A DNA stretch of 64,000 nucleotides from the sequence record PZ053912.1. One strand, 5' to 3'. Both the position numbers and the translations under genes were made by a program. The notes under the pieces are model-generated. The model was not told the origin of the DNA, searched no databases, and saw only the letters and a program-made list of their open reading frames with translations. This stretch comes from a phage. Numbering within the stretch: the first letter of the stretch is position 1; each line of letters begins with the position of its first letter. This document shows positions 1 through 8,416 of the stretch, in pieces.

Positions 1-414
1 CATACAGTGAGTGGTAATACTAGTTCCGCAGGAGCTCACCAACACGCGCGTTCAGGTCCTCAGGTACAAGGCGGCATACCCACTAGCGTATTCTATGATG
101 GATACAATAGTGCGGGTCCAAACGGCAACGCTAAATTCACTGCAACCGTGAGCGGTGCTACTGCATCGTCGAATATGGCCAAAACTTCTTCAGACGGTGC
201 CCACACCCATAGTTGGTCAGGAACTACTAGCGCTACGGGTAACCATGCTCATACTGTAGGTATCGGTGCCCATACACATACTGTAGGTATTGGTGCCCAC
301 TCTCATTCGGTAGCGATTGGTTCCCATGGACATACAATAACTGTAAATGCCACAGGAAATACAGAAAACACAGTTAAAAACGTTGCTTTTAACTATATCG
401 TTCGTTTAGCATAA
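1..414 (+). CDS. 37: long tail fiber distal subunit gp37, C-terminal fragment (5' part outside window)
   Basis: Frame open from position 1 (track ORF 7..414); His-rich GxHxH repeats (GAHTHS, GNHAHTVGIGAHTHTVGIGAHSHSVAIGSHGHT) and C-terminus ..NYIVRLA typical of T-even gp37 tip; followed by 38 and t as in T4. Confidence 0.8.
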   Translation, partial: HTVSGNTSSAGAHQHARSGPQVQGGIPTSVFYDGYNSAGPNGNAKFTATVSGATASSNMAKTSSDGAHTHSWSGTTSATGNHAHTVGIGAHTHTVGIGAHSHSVAIGSHGHTITVNATGNTENTVKNVAFNYIVRLA

Positions 415-418
415 GGAG

Positions 419-439
419 AAGGGACTTCGGTCCCTTTTT
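419..439 (+). terminator. rho-independent terminator after gene 37 (stem aagggac/gtccctt, loop ttcg, T5 run)
   Basis: Hairpin plus T-run read directly from sequence. Confidence 0.6.
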
Positions 440-444
440 ATAAT

Positions 445-996
445 ATGAAACTCTATCACTATTATTTTGACACTAAAGAATTTTACAAAGAAGAAAATTA
501 TAAACCATTAAAAGGCGTAGGATTTCCGGCTCATTCGACACCAAAAAAACCTTTAGACCCTAAAGAAGGCTATGCTGTTGTATTTGATGAACGCGAACAA
601 GAATGGGTATATGTTGAAGACCATCGTGGAAAAACAGTATGGACTTATGATAAGCAAAAAATTGTTATTGACACTCCAGGTGCTCTTCAAAATGTTACTA
701 CAGAAGAACCTGGTGAATTTGACATTTGGACCGACGACGGGTGGAAGGAAGATGAAGCATATAAACGCGTAGTTCAACGTGATAAGAAAATTCATGAACT
801 CTATAAATTATTCAGTGTTTTAAGTTCTCTTATTGACGCAGAGGTTGCTAATAGAGAAGAAAAACGAAAATTTAAAGAGCTCAAAAAATTCTTTGCCCTT
901 TTAGAAAAACATGAACATCTTGGCGGCGAATTCCCTAAATTCCCTGACCTTGAAAACAAATCTATTATCAAAGCGATTATAAATATCTTTAAGTAA
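445..996 (+). CDS. 38: gp38, T4-type tail fiber assembly chaperone (183 aa)
   Basis: ATG at 445; N-terminus MKLYHYYFDTKEFYKEENYKP and C-terminal LLEKHEHLGGEFP resemble T4 gp38; same length as T4 gp38; position between 37 and t. Confidence 0.75.
   Translation: MKLYHYYFDTKEFYKEENYKPLKGVGFPAHSTPKKPLDPKEGYAVVFDEREQEWVYVEDHRGKTVWTYDKQKIVIDTPGALQNVTTEEPGEFDIWTDDGWKEDEAYKRVVQRDKKIHELYKLFSVLSSLIDAEVANREEKRKFKELKKFFALLEKHEHLGGEFPKFPDLENKSIIKAIINIFK
978..985 (+). promoter_or_regulatory. late promoter box TATAAATA upstream of holin t (inside 3' end of gene 38)
   Basis: Exact TATAAATA about 20 nt upstream of t start codon. Confidence 0.5.
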
Positions 997-1005
997 GGAG
1001 GTATT

Positions 1006-1665
1006 ATGGCAACACCAAAAGTATCATTTTCGCCTAGTGATATTCTATTTGGGTTGCTAGATCGTATTTTCAAAGATAACGCTACTGGAAAGGTTTTAAT
1101 GTCCCGAGTAGCGGTAATTATTCTTTTGTTCCTAATGGCACTAATATGGTACAAAGGAAGTATTTTGCTGGATTATTATGTAAGAGCTAAGTATGATACT
1201 TATACTGAAATAATCCAAAAAGAACGAGCTTTACGTTTTGAATCTGCGGCTCTAGAACAACTGCAAATAGTTCATATCTCATCTGGTGCAGATTTTAGTG
1301 CTGTGTATTCTTTCAGACCTAAAAACTTAAATTATTTTGTCGACCTTATAGCTTATGAAGGCAAACTACCTAGCACAATTTCTGAAAAGTCCCTTGGCGG
1401 ATTCCCAGTGGATAAAACGGCCGATGAATATATAATTCATTTAAGCGGCCGTCATTTCTCATCTAAATCAGAATTTGCATTTTTGCCTACAAAATCTAAG
1501 ACTGCCGAACTTTCTTATATGTATAGCTGTCCATACTTTAATTTGGATAACATCTATGCTGGAACTGTGACGATGTATTGGTATAAGGGGAATAATATAC
1601 TTGAGGAGGACCGCTTAGCGGCTATATGCAACCAAGCGGTCCGAATACTAGGAAGGGCTAAATAA
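1006..1665 (+). CDS. t: holin T (lysis timing, LIN)
   Basis: AAGGAGG SD then ATG at 1006; 219 aa; MATPKVSFSPSDILFGLLDRIFKDNATGKV..ILGRAK closely resembles T4 holin t; N-terminal TM segment. Confidence 0.9.
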   Translation: MATPKVSFSPSDILFGLLDRIFKDNATGKVLMSRVAVIILLFLMALIWYKGSILLDYYVRAKYDTYTEIIQKERALRFESAALEQLQIVHISSGADFSAVYSFRPKNLNYFVDLIAYEGKLPSTISEKSLGGFPVDKTADEYIIHLSGRHFSSKSEFAFLPTKSKTAELSYMYSCPYFNLDNIYAGTVTMYWYKGNNILEEDRLAAICNQAVRILGRAK

Positions 1666-1938
1666 TTAGTTGTTAGAATACATCGCTAAATGACGATAAA
1701 TATTTTCAAAACCTTCATTGAATTCACTAATCAGTGTTTTCTTTTCTTCGGCAGTTAAATTTGTAATTAGTTTTCTAAAAGAATTCTGATTTAGCTGCCG
1801 ACCATCTTTTTTAATTCCAATCTCATTCAAGAATCCGATGAAACTTGCTCGGTCTTCAACAATATCTTCCCTAGAGAATTTAATCAAAATAGAAGCAATA
1901 GTAATAATTTCACGTACGATTTCAATGTCTTTATTCAT
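1666..1938 (-). CDS. asiA: anti-sigma70 factor AsiA
   Basis: 90 aa; MNKDIEIVREIITIASILIKFSREDIVE.. matches T4 AsiA in length and sequence; convergent with t. Confidence 0.9.
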   Translation of the reverse strand: MNKDIEIVREIITIASILIKFSREDIVEDRASFIGFLNEIGIKKDGRQLNQNSFRKLITNLTAEEKKTLISEFNEGFENIYRHLAMYSNN

Positions 1939-1984
1939 AACGTTTTATTCATTCCACTTAGTTGATATGGATATAGTACCATTA

Positions 1985-2200
1985 TCAGTGTTGATTGTAA
2001 ATGGCTTTTTCTACGCTTTTAACGTAATTGATGTAGTCTTCCTGTTCGTACGAGTTTAAGGCTAAGAACAAAGCTAATAGTTCATTATAGACTAAAGCCT
2101 CACGCTCCCGTTCGGCCTCTACTACGTTCTGAAGATTATGACTCATATTGTTCCTTATAACTATCAATGTAGTCCTGTATGTCAAAGAATGACATTTCAT
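1985..2200 (-). CDS. hypothetical small protein (asiA-motA interval; start may be internal ATG at 2146)
   Basis: ORF track; AAGGAAC SD precedes ATG at 2146; position equivalent to T4 asiA.1/arn region. Confidence 0.4.
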   Translation of the reverse strand: MKCHSLTYRTTLIVIRNNMSHNLQNVVEAEREREALVYNELLALFLALNSYEQEDYINYVKSVEKAIYNQH

Positions 2201-2522
2201 ATTCTAGGACATTAAGAGCCCGTTCTTCAGTATAGTCGGAACCAAAGACGATAGTGATTTCACCAGGCTTCATGTGATTGAAATCAACACTAAAAGGAAT
2301 ACGAGAACAGACTTCATCTTCCATATCTACGATAACACTACGACACACTTCTCGGTTAACCTGATAAAGCTCTGCAAGTTCTTCGCATCGAATAACAAGT
2401 TCAGTGGCAGGATTTTCTTTGATTTTAGTAAGCATAGTCTTTACCCTTATGTTTTTGTTTGCGTTTAGATTGAAGTTCTGATTTCTTCTTGTCCTTATGG
2501 ACGGAAGCCTTATTGAAATCAT
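2136..2522 (-). CDS. hypothetical protein (asiA-motA interval)
   Basis: ORF track; ATGA start/stop overlap with upstream gene at 2519-2522. Confidence 0.5.
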   Translation of the reverse strand: MISIRLPSIRTRRNQNFNLNANKNIRVKTMLTKIKENPATELVIRCEELAELYQVNREVCRSVIVDMEDEVCSRIPFSVDFNHMKPGEITIVFGSDYTEERALNVLEYEMSFFDIQDYIDSYKEQYES

Positions 2523-2737
2523 GTTTTGCTACAAGATTGTTCATAATGCTTTATAACCTCGTTTAAACATTTACTAGTGAAAGAAAACTTTTTAGCCACA
2601 GAACATTCGATAATGTGCTCTTTCAAATCTTTAGAGTCAGTATAACCCATCTCAGTAATAAAGCGGCGAATTAAAGCTTTATTCTTATCATTAACAGAAT
2701 TAAAATAATCTGCTTTAGAATCAATTATTCTCATCAT
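2519..2737 (-). CDS. hypothetical protein
   Basis: ORF track, ATG start, co-oriented packed early gene. Confidence 0.45.
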   Translation of the reverse strand: MMRIIDSKADYFNSVNDKNKALIRRFITEMGYTDSKDLKEHIIECSVAKKFSFTSKCLNEVIKHYEQSCSKT

Positions 2738-3002
2738 CTAATTTCCTTAATTGATATTGCAACGAGCTAATAATTTCTTCGTTCATTTTAATATACATGT
2801 CACGCAAGAAAGGTTTTAACCCATCACGAATAATTGCTAACGTATCACCTTTACATAAATTAACCAAATAAGGATGGTCTAAAGCATCCCAACCAGGCTG
2901 ATTAGCATACATACCATAATTTTCTTCCATCATAGCATTCAGGCGTTTGATATGATTAATGTGGGCTTCAATAGCATCAATCTGGAGTTGTTTAAGATTC
3001 AT
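2721..3002 (-). CDS. hypothetical protein (size and position compatible with arn-region ORF)
   Basis: ORF track 93 aa; TAATG overlap with upstream gene at 3002. Confidence 0.45.
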   Translation of the reverse strand: MNLKQLQIDAIEAHINHIKRLNAMMEENYGMYANQPGWDALDHPYLVNLCKGDTLAIIRDGLKPFLRDMYIKMNEEIISSLQYQLRKLDDENN

Positions 3003-3463
3003 TAGTAAAGGTCCTCAGAGTAAAGTTCTTTTTCATTACCACCACGTTCAATACGTACTTGTCCAGCGTAAGTTGCAATAATCATTGCTTCTTCACGTGT
3101 CCAGTAATTAGAGTATTGATCAATAAAGCCTTGGTCGTCGCCACAAACTTGCTGCGAGACTAATTGAGGACCAACTATATCAAGTACTTCAGCCATATCT
3201 TTAGAGTAATGACGAGCACCTGGAATAATAAGAGTTCGTCCATCTTTTAATTTAAAACGATTAGCTGCACAGACAATTCGTCGTTGGTACTTTTGGTTTT
3301 CATCCCAATACAGAGTCTGCCAACAGATTTCAGGAACTTCATCTAAAACATTTTGTTCTGTATATTCACCGCCGTAAGAAGCTAATTTAGCAGCCAGACT
3401 TTCCGGAGTCTCACGCGACAAAGCTTTATCTAACAGAGCTAAACGTTCTTTAAAAGTTTTCAT
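3002..3463 (-). CDS. hypothetical protein
   Basis: ORF track 153 aa; tightly packed with neighbours. Confidence 0.5.
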   Translation of the reverse strand: MKTFKERLALLDKALSRETPESLAAKLASYGGEYTEQNVLDEVPEICWQTLYWDENQKYQRRIVCAANRFKLKDGRTLIIPGARHYSKDMAEVLDIVGPQLVSQQVCGDDQGFIDQYSNYWTREEAMIIATYAGQVRIERGGNEKELYSEDLY

Positions 3464-3789
3464 TTAAACCATCCTTTAATACGTTGCCAAATAGATTTTT
3501 GTGCTTGTTTATTTACACCAATCGAACGAATAACCGGTTGTGACTGCTGATATTCTTTATAATCTTCTTTATAGATTTCGTAAGCTGCATCAACAAATGA
3601 ACTGATCGCTGCCATGTAGTTTTTACGAAGGCCAAATGGCGCGTCATTATTTTCACGAATAACCGTATATTGGCCTGCTTTAATCTTTACAATTGTCCCT
3701 AAATAAGCCCCGTGGTACCAAATATCCCATCCTTCCTGAGTAGGTTCTGCACATTTACGAAGTTCGTTAATAATATTCAGCTTATTCAT
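3460..3789 (-). CDS. hypothetical protein (motA.1-like position)
   Basis: ORF track 109 aa; ATGA overlap with upstream gene. Confidence 0.5.
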   Translation of the reverse strand: MNKLNIINELRKCAEPTQEGWDIWYHGAYLGTIVKIKAGQYTVIRENNDAPFGLRKNYMAAISSFVDAAYEIYKEDYKEYQQSQPVIRSIGVNKQAQKSIWQRIKGWFK

Positions 3790-3799
3790 TATGTATTCC

Positions 3800-4432
3800 T
3801 CACAGTACGTTAGTTACAAGGGTAATGATTTCTTTGGACACATTAGGGAAGTCAATGTAAGTATATTTACCACCGATCTTAATCTTAACATCATTTTCAA
3901 GAGAAGTAAACAGCTTTGATTCAGTTTCTGACATGTTGTATGCAAAGATTCTAAGAGAACCATCTCGACGAATTTCTATCTGACGAATACCTAGAACTCG
4001 TTTTGCAAATCGAACTTCCAAGTTACTACGGTTTTCACCGATTTCTTTAACTTCAACTTTATCTTTAATATTTTCAAAAACAAAGTTTGCTAATTCATGC
4101 ATTTCAGGAGTAACTCCACGTGCTTTTCTAGTGTTACGTTTCTGAAGAAGTTCTGGAGCATTTTCTTGGGCAAAGAGGTCTGCAGCTTTTTGGATAATAT
4201 CCATTGCTTCGCCTGTTGCTATAAGTCCATCACCAGATTTTTCGACTAAACCTTTCTTAATCAATACACCAATGTTAGAGTTAACAACCGATGCATTGTA
4301 TTCCGCTTCCAGAGCTTCACGGACATTGGCAGCAGTGGTGAAGTTGTTCTTAATGATATAAACCATTATTGCAGCAGTTTTTTCATTCAGAGCGTTTTCG
4401 GAAGCTTTGATGATGTAAGCAACTTTAGACAT
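3800..4432 (-). CDS. motA: MotA, activator of middle transcription
   Basis: 210 aa; MSKVAYIIKAS..NSNIGVLIKKGLVEKSGDGLI..ENAPELL matches T4 MotA (211 aa); synteny asiA-motA-52. Confidence 0.9.
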   Translation of the reverse strand: MSKVAYIIKASENALNEKTAAIMVYIIKNNFTTAANVREALEAEYNASVVNSNIGVLIKKGLVEKSGDGLIATGEAMDIIQKAADLFAQENAPELLQKRNTRKARGVTPEMHELANFVFENIKDKVEVKEIGENRSNLEVRFAKRVLGIRQIEIRRDGSLRIFAYNMSETESKLFTSLENDVKIKIGGKYTYIDFPNVSKEIITLVTNVL

Positions 4433-4470
4433 TTTATTTCTCCAATTTGGTTGTTTTGTTTTGATAGGTC

Positions 4471-4500
4471 TATAATATCATGTTTGAAGCACATGTAAAC
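4471..4500 (-). promoter_or_regulatory. early sigma70-type promoter upstream of motA (minus strand GTTTACA-N17-TATTAT)
   Basis: Read from sequence; member of repeated ttgataggtctataat cassette family. Confidence 0.5.
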
Positions 4501-4509
4501 TGTTTTGTG

Positions 4510-4543
4510 AGAAAAAAATGCACAAAAGGGAGCCGAAGCTCCC
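4510..4543 (-). terminator. CUUCGG hairpin plus U-run downstream of gene 52
   Basis: gggagccgaagctccc followed (minus sense) by U-rich tract. Confidence 0.55.
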
Positions 4544-4619
4544 TAATCATGTTTGTCCAACCAATACAGCCAAATCACTAGTGCAGCTATTGCACCTAGA
4601 AATCCTAAGGCTAGGGCAC

Positions 4620-5945
4620 TCAAAGAGCCTCCAAGTCTTTAGTGTACTCTGTCACAACATCAGTAGACTTCCAATACTCATTTTCTTCTTTCTTAGCTTT
4701 AGCTTCTTCTGCTAGTTTACGTGCTTCATCGGAAGTGATATGGAAGATGTTAAGACCTACCAGTTTATCGACATGTTCTTTATACATTTCGATTTGTGCT
4801 AGCTCTTCAGTCAAAGCTTTACGAGTCTTGCCCTGAATCACAATTTCGCCACTGATAACTTTTTTGATGAAGTGTGCCTTAGCAAAAGCAAGTTTAAATG
4901 CTTTTTCAGATTCAAGGATTTTGTTGTCAATACGTTTCTGAACGTAAGTCTTACGGACTTCAACAAAATCTTTGATTAAGTCCACTACGTTATCGTAGAC
5001 AGCTAATTTACCCTTTTCATTAATCACTGTGATGTTTTGTGAACGACGTTCGATGAGACTAAAATCTTTCATGATTTTTTCATGACGTAGCTCTTCATCA
5101 TCAGGAAGCGAGTACTCTTTACGGAACTTCACCTTAAACCCAAAGCCGTGTTCACCGCAATCATCTTCCCATGAGATTAGACCTTTGTCTTCCAACGGGT
5201 CAAGAACCTTACTCACATACGTTTCACGGTCGAATTTATATGGGATTTCAGTTATCTGCATTTGAGTGCGAGATGTGAACTTATATGTTCCGTGAATCTC
5301 ATAACGCCCATCAACTTCATGCACTTCACCACGGAATTCCGGGAATTCAACTTTTGGTTTAGTGACATTTTTACCTTGAAGAGCTTGTAATACAGCCTTT
5401 TTGACTGATTTAAAACTATGAGGCAGAATATTTGTTGCGTAACCGGTTGCAATACCAGAGACGCCATTCAAAAGAACTGTCGGAATAATAGGAAGATAGA
5501 ATTTTGGTGGAACGTGTTCTTTATCTTCATGAGCTGGAGCATATTCAGTATCTTTATATACGTTATAGAAATTTTTACTTACACGAGCAAAAATATAACG
5601 AGATGCTGCAGCTTTTTGAACTGTTCGAGAACCAAAGTTGCCTTGGCCATCTAACAGTGGATAGTTGTTGTTCCATGTGTTAGCCATCAATGCACCTGCA
5701 TCTTGTGCAGAAGATTCACCATGGTGATAACCTAAATCTGCAACACCGCCTGCAATTGACGCAAGTTTATGAAATTTTTCTTTATTACCACGAGCCAAAT
5801 CTAACACACGATGAACCACAAAACGTTGAACCGGCTTAAATCCATCAATCATGTTTGGGATTGCACGGTTTTCAACGGTGTACATCGCATATGCTAAGGC
5901 TTCGTTATCAATAATACTTTTTAGATTACGAGAATTTAATTGCAT
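4620..5945 (-). CDS. 52: DNA topoisomerase II medium subunit gp52 (GyrA-like)
   Basis: 441 aa (T4 gp52 442 aa); MQLNSRNLKSIIDNEALAYAMYTVENRAIP..; position after motA as in T4. Confidence 0.9.
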   Translation of the reverse strand: MQLNSRNLKSIIDNEALAYAMYTVENRAIPNMIDGFKPVQRFVVHRVLDLARGNKEKFHKLASIAGGVADLGYHHGESSAQDAGALMANTWNNNYPLLDGQGNFGSRTVQKAAASRYIFARVSKNFYNVYKDTEYAPAHEDKEHVPPKFYLPIIPTVLLNGVSGIATGYATNILPHSFKSVKKAVLQALQGKNVTKPKVEFPEFRGEVHEVDGRYEIHGTYKFTSRTQMQITEIPYKFDRETYVSKVLDPLEDKGLISWEDDCGEHGFGFKVKFRKEYSLPDDEELRHEKIMKDFSLIERRSQNITVINEKGKLAVYDNVVDLIKDFVEVRKTYVQKRIDNKILESEKAFKLAFAKAHFIKKVISGEIVIQGKTRKALTEELAQIEMYKEHVDKLVGLNIFHITSDEARKLAEEAKAKKEENEYWKSTDVVTEYTKDLEAL

Positions 5946-5949
5946 ATTT

Positions 5950-6090
5950 TCACCATATTAATGAACGAATAGCCATTATAATATCTGAAATGAAAAGCAC
6001 TACTTGGATTAGTCCAAACATCACACCATAGTACAGAACCGTAAGCAACAACAAGAGCCCGAAGGCTCCTGCTAAGATTTTCTTAATCAT
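5950..6090 (-). CDS. small hydrophobic membrane protein (46 aa; T4 ac/stp-region analogue)
   Basis: Manual translation MIKKILAGAFGLLLLLTVLYYGVMFGLIQVVLFISDIIMAIRSLIW; below ORF-track size cutoff; ATGA overlap with next small ORF. Confidence 0.4.
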   Translation of the reverse strand: MIKKILAGAFGLLLLLTVLYYGVMFGLIQVVLFISDIIMAIRSLIW

Positions 6091-6236
6091 TGCTCGCCTT
6101 TTAATACGTTAAGAAGAGCTAAGACCGCTAAGGTACCTTGTGACACAGCCTGTTGAAATACTGTTGTTTCGCCTGTAACTAAAGTGTTAACGAATAAAAA
6201 CGACCAACACAGCAATGCAATAATCCATGCTACCAT
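6087..6236 (-). CDS. small hydrophobic protein (49 aa)
   Basis: Manual translation MVAWIIALLCWSFLFVNTLVTGETTVFQQAVSQGTLAVLALLNVLKGEQ; GAGGT SD upstream. Confidence 0.4.
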   Translation of the reverse strand: MVAWIIALLCWSFLFVNTLVTGETTVFQQAVSQGTLAVLALLNVLKGEQ

Positions 6237-6288
6237 TTTAATTACCTCAAAAATAAATTAAAGGCCTAACTTAATAGGCCTATATAAA

Positions 6289-6735
6289 TTAGTAACTCTG
6301 CAGAATGAATTTGAAATTATCGGCCAGAAGACGGTTCATTTCAGTGAGTGTTTGATATTCTGATGTATGATTGCGAGTGAATGCCAGAGCCAATTGACCT
6401 TTACCATAACCAGTAGTCAGTGGTTTCATGTTCTTAGCTGCAACAAAGATTACATCATATTCAATATTGTTAGTGCCCATGGTACGGGCTAGTTGCGAAC
6501 GGCCTTGACGAATGTGAGAAAGAATTGCATCCAACCCTTGTTTAGAACGTTGACGTCCTACAAAGAATCGTGCTGCTACTTGTCGCCAGTCAGATGAACC
6601 TTTAACAAAGAAGTAAAAACCTTCACGAGAACGAAACTCTTTAGAAACTTCAGAACCGTATTCGCCATTACGAACTACTGCAACAACTTCACCGCCAACT
6701 GCCAGAAGGTCTTTACGAGTTAAATATTTGGACAT
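6289..6735 (-). CDS. ndd: nucleoid disruption protein Ndd
   Basis: 148 aa; motifs [69 protein letters not shown] resemble T4 Ndd; position between 52 and rIIB. Confidence 0.7.
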   Translation of the reverse strand: MSKYLTRKDLLAVGGEVVAVVRNGEYGSEVSKEFRSREGFYFFVKGSSDWRQVAARFFVGRQRSKQGLDAILSHIRQGRSQLARTMGTNNIEYDVIFVAAKNMKPLTTGYGKGQLALAFTRNHTSEYQTLTEMNRLLADNFKFILQSY

Positions 6736-6779
6736 GCTAATTTCCTCAATTGATTAATGTTTTTGTAATCCATGAGAGC

Positions 6780-6808
6780 ATTATACTCTGCTCTCAAGAG
6801 TTTGTACA
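6780..6808 (-). promoter_or_regulatory. early promoter upstream of ndd (TTGTACA-N17-TATAAT) within gagagca..tgctctc inverted repeat
   Basis: Read from sequence; 37-bp identical copy at 52037-52073. Confidence 0.5.
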
Positions 6809-6811
6809 ATT

Positions 6812-7012
6812 TTATTCGGCTATATCAGAACGTTCAAAAAGCTCTTCAACAGTTAAACATTCAGTGTCATCTTCAATAAAGAATCGAGTCCAACATGTTG
6901 GGGCGATACAGTTATGAGTTTGTCCGGCGATAGAAGCTACACGAATAAGCTGCTGACCATTATTCAGAACAAATTTTTCACCAATTTCAACATCTTTAAA
7001 AAGCTTAGCCAT
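6812..7012 (-). CDS. hypothetical protein (66 aa)
   Basis: ORF track, ATG start. Confidence 0.45.
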   Translation of the reverse strand: MAKLFKDVEIGEKFVLNNGQQLIRVASIAGQTHNCIAPTCWTRFFIEDDTECLTVEELFERSDIAE

Positions 7013-7040
7013 TTTGTGTTCCTCATGTTTCAGTAGGACT

Positions 7041-7070
7041 ACTATACCATAATCCTACCTTGTTGTAAAC
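7041..7070 (-). promoter_or_regulatory. early promoter (GTTTACA-N18-TATAGT) in gtagga/tcctac palindrome
   Basis: Read from sequence; family taggactactata also at 7545-7583 and 28721-28758. Confidence 0.45.
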
Positions 7071-7262
7071 AATTAAATTACATTAAAATATGTTAAAGCC
7101 AACCATGATCCGGTGAACGAACATGCGATGTAAAAACCCGTATCACAAATTGTTCTTAGTACAATAATAAGTGCATTTTTCATAAGTACCTCAATACAAT
7201 TGAAAATACTATACAAATCATAGGGATACTAAGCAACCATATTCCGATCCACATTTTAGAGC

Positions 7263-7526
7263 TCATATCTCAACTTCCGCGAGTTCCATATATCCTTTGT
7301 TGATAACCTCTTTAAGGTCTTTAGAAAGAATAACACTAAAATGGTCGTTCATATGTCCATTAACCAGACGAGTTATTTCGGCTTCAGATGACATATAAGG
7401 CACGTCTGAGTCCCAATGAGATAGACCCAAATGGGTATAAATCATCCCTTCGTCATCTGCAGTGTTGTACATTGAAACAAATTCGCCTGTTACTTTATGT
7501 TTTGCGTAGAAAAATTTAAATTTCAT
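7263..7526 (-). CDS. hypothetical protein (87 aa)
   Basis: ORF track, ATG start. Confidence 0.5.
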   Translation of the reverse strand: MKFKFFYAKHKVTGEFVSMYNTADDEGMIYTHLGLSHWDSDVPYMSSEAEITRLVNGHMNDHFSVILSKDLKEVINKGYMELAEVEI

Positions 7527-7552
7527 GATGTTATCCTCTTTTAGATAGGACT

Positions 7553-7582
7553 ACTATATCATAGTCCTACTTAGTTGTAAAC
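7553..7582 (-). promoter_or_regulatory. early promoter (GTTTACA-N17-TATAGT)
   Basis: Read from sequence. Confidence 0.45.
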
Positions 7583-7594
7583 ACTTTTATGAAA

Positions 7595-8152
7595 TTAAAG
7601 TTGAAGATACCAGCCGTTGTAGTTGCTCTTGCGGACGATTTTCTTTAGGTCTTCATGGTCTCCCACGAACTTTATAGAATAAGAGAAGACGTCAGGTGAG
7701 GTTTCTTTGACATTCAATATAATAATACAGTCAGCGACTCGATGATTAAGGAAGGGCCCTATGTTGATTCCGTTGCCACCCGGATAATCACCACTGTATC
7801 CTGTGGTAACCGAAATCCATTTCGAATCCATCTGATGGGTCTTTACTTCTACGCGTAGACCACAGTACTTAGGATGAGCTAACACGTCCCACGCATATGT
7901 ATACGGGTCTTCTACATCTTCAATACCTTTATTAACATATCCGTCTAGCCAATTTGCTACTACATACTCTGCAAAGACTGCAACCTTACAACGTCGAACT
8001 ACATCTTCTTTGTTTTGGTCTGGATTTTGGCTCAACGAATATCGAGCAGTGTCAGCAATCTTCACCTTCATTTCACTAGTCAAAAACTCATTCGACAGGA
8101 TAAATGTCGGAAGATTCTTCAGTCTCAACAGTCCCAAGTTCGTCTTTACCAT
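7595..8152 (-). CDS. hypothetical protein, possibly endonuclease IV DenB (185 aa if start at 8152)
   Basis: ORF track 7595..8215 trimmed to ATG at 8152 preceded by GAGGT SD; length equals T4 DenB; position between ndd and rIIB; no motif-level confirmation. Confidence 0.35.
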   Translation of the reverse strand: MVKTNLGLLRLKNLPTFILSNEFLTSEMKVKIADTARYSLSQNPDQNKEDVVRRCKVAVFAEYVVANWLDGYVNKGIEDVEDPYTYAWDVLAHPKYCGLRVEVKTHQMDSKWISVTTGYSGDYPGGNGINIGPFLNHRVADCIIILNVKETSPDVFSYSIKFVGDHEDLKKIVRKSNYNGWYLQL

Positions 8153-8375
8153 AGATACCTCTGATGTGTAGTTCGCCAAAATAAATGCGGTCTCCTTCTT
8201 CAAGATATTCAGCATCTAAAGGTGGAATTTCATTAACAACTTCGTCGCATTCTAACCAGCCGTAGTGTGCATCACCAGGATGTTTTACCAATTTAGCACA
8301 ATAAACTGATTTACACTTATGATGACCACGAAGATTAGCAATTTTGGATTCTGATACGTCAAATGGATGAATCAT
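8088..8375 (-). CDS. hypothetical protein (95 aa)
   Basis: ORF track; follows rIIB. Confidence 0.4.
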   Translation of the reverse strand: MIHPFDVSESKIANLRGHHKCKSVYCAKLVKHPGDAHYGWLECDEVVNEIPPLDAEYLEEGDRIYFGELHIRGIYGKDELGTVETEESSDIYPVE

Positions 8376-8379
8376 AATT

Positions 8380-8412
8380 ACCCCTAAAGAAAAAAGGGGA
8401 CCGAAGTCCCCA
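8380..8412 (-). terminator. CUUCGG hairpin (ggggaccgaagtcccc) plus U-run downstream of rIIB
   Basis: Read from sequence. Confidence 0.55.
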
Positions 8413-8416
8413 ATTA

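Noticed and set aside
553-1154. ORFs 553..795(-), 572..772(+) and 801..1154(-) overlapping genes 38 and t
   Set aside because: They lie antisense or out of frame within well-supported genes, have no RBS and low-complexity products; six-frame artefacts.
6261-6290. Near-late-promoter TATATAAATT on the + strand upstream of ndd stop
   Set aside because: One mismatch to TATAAATA, and oriented away from any + strand gene.
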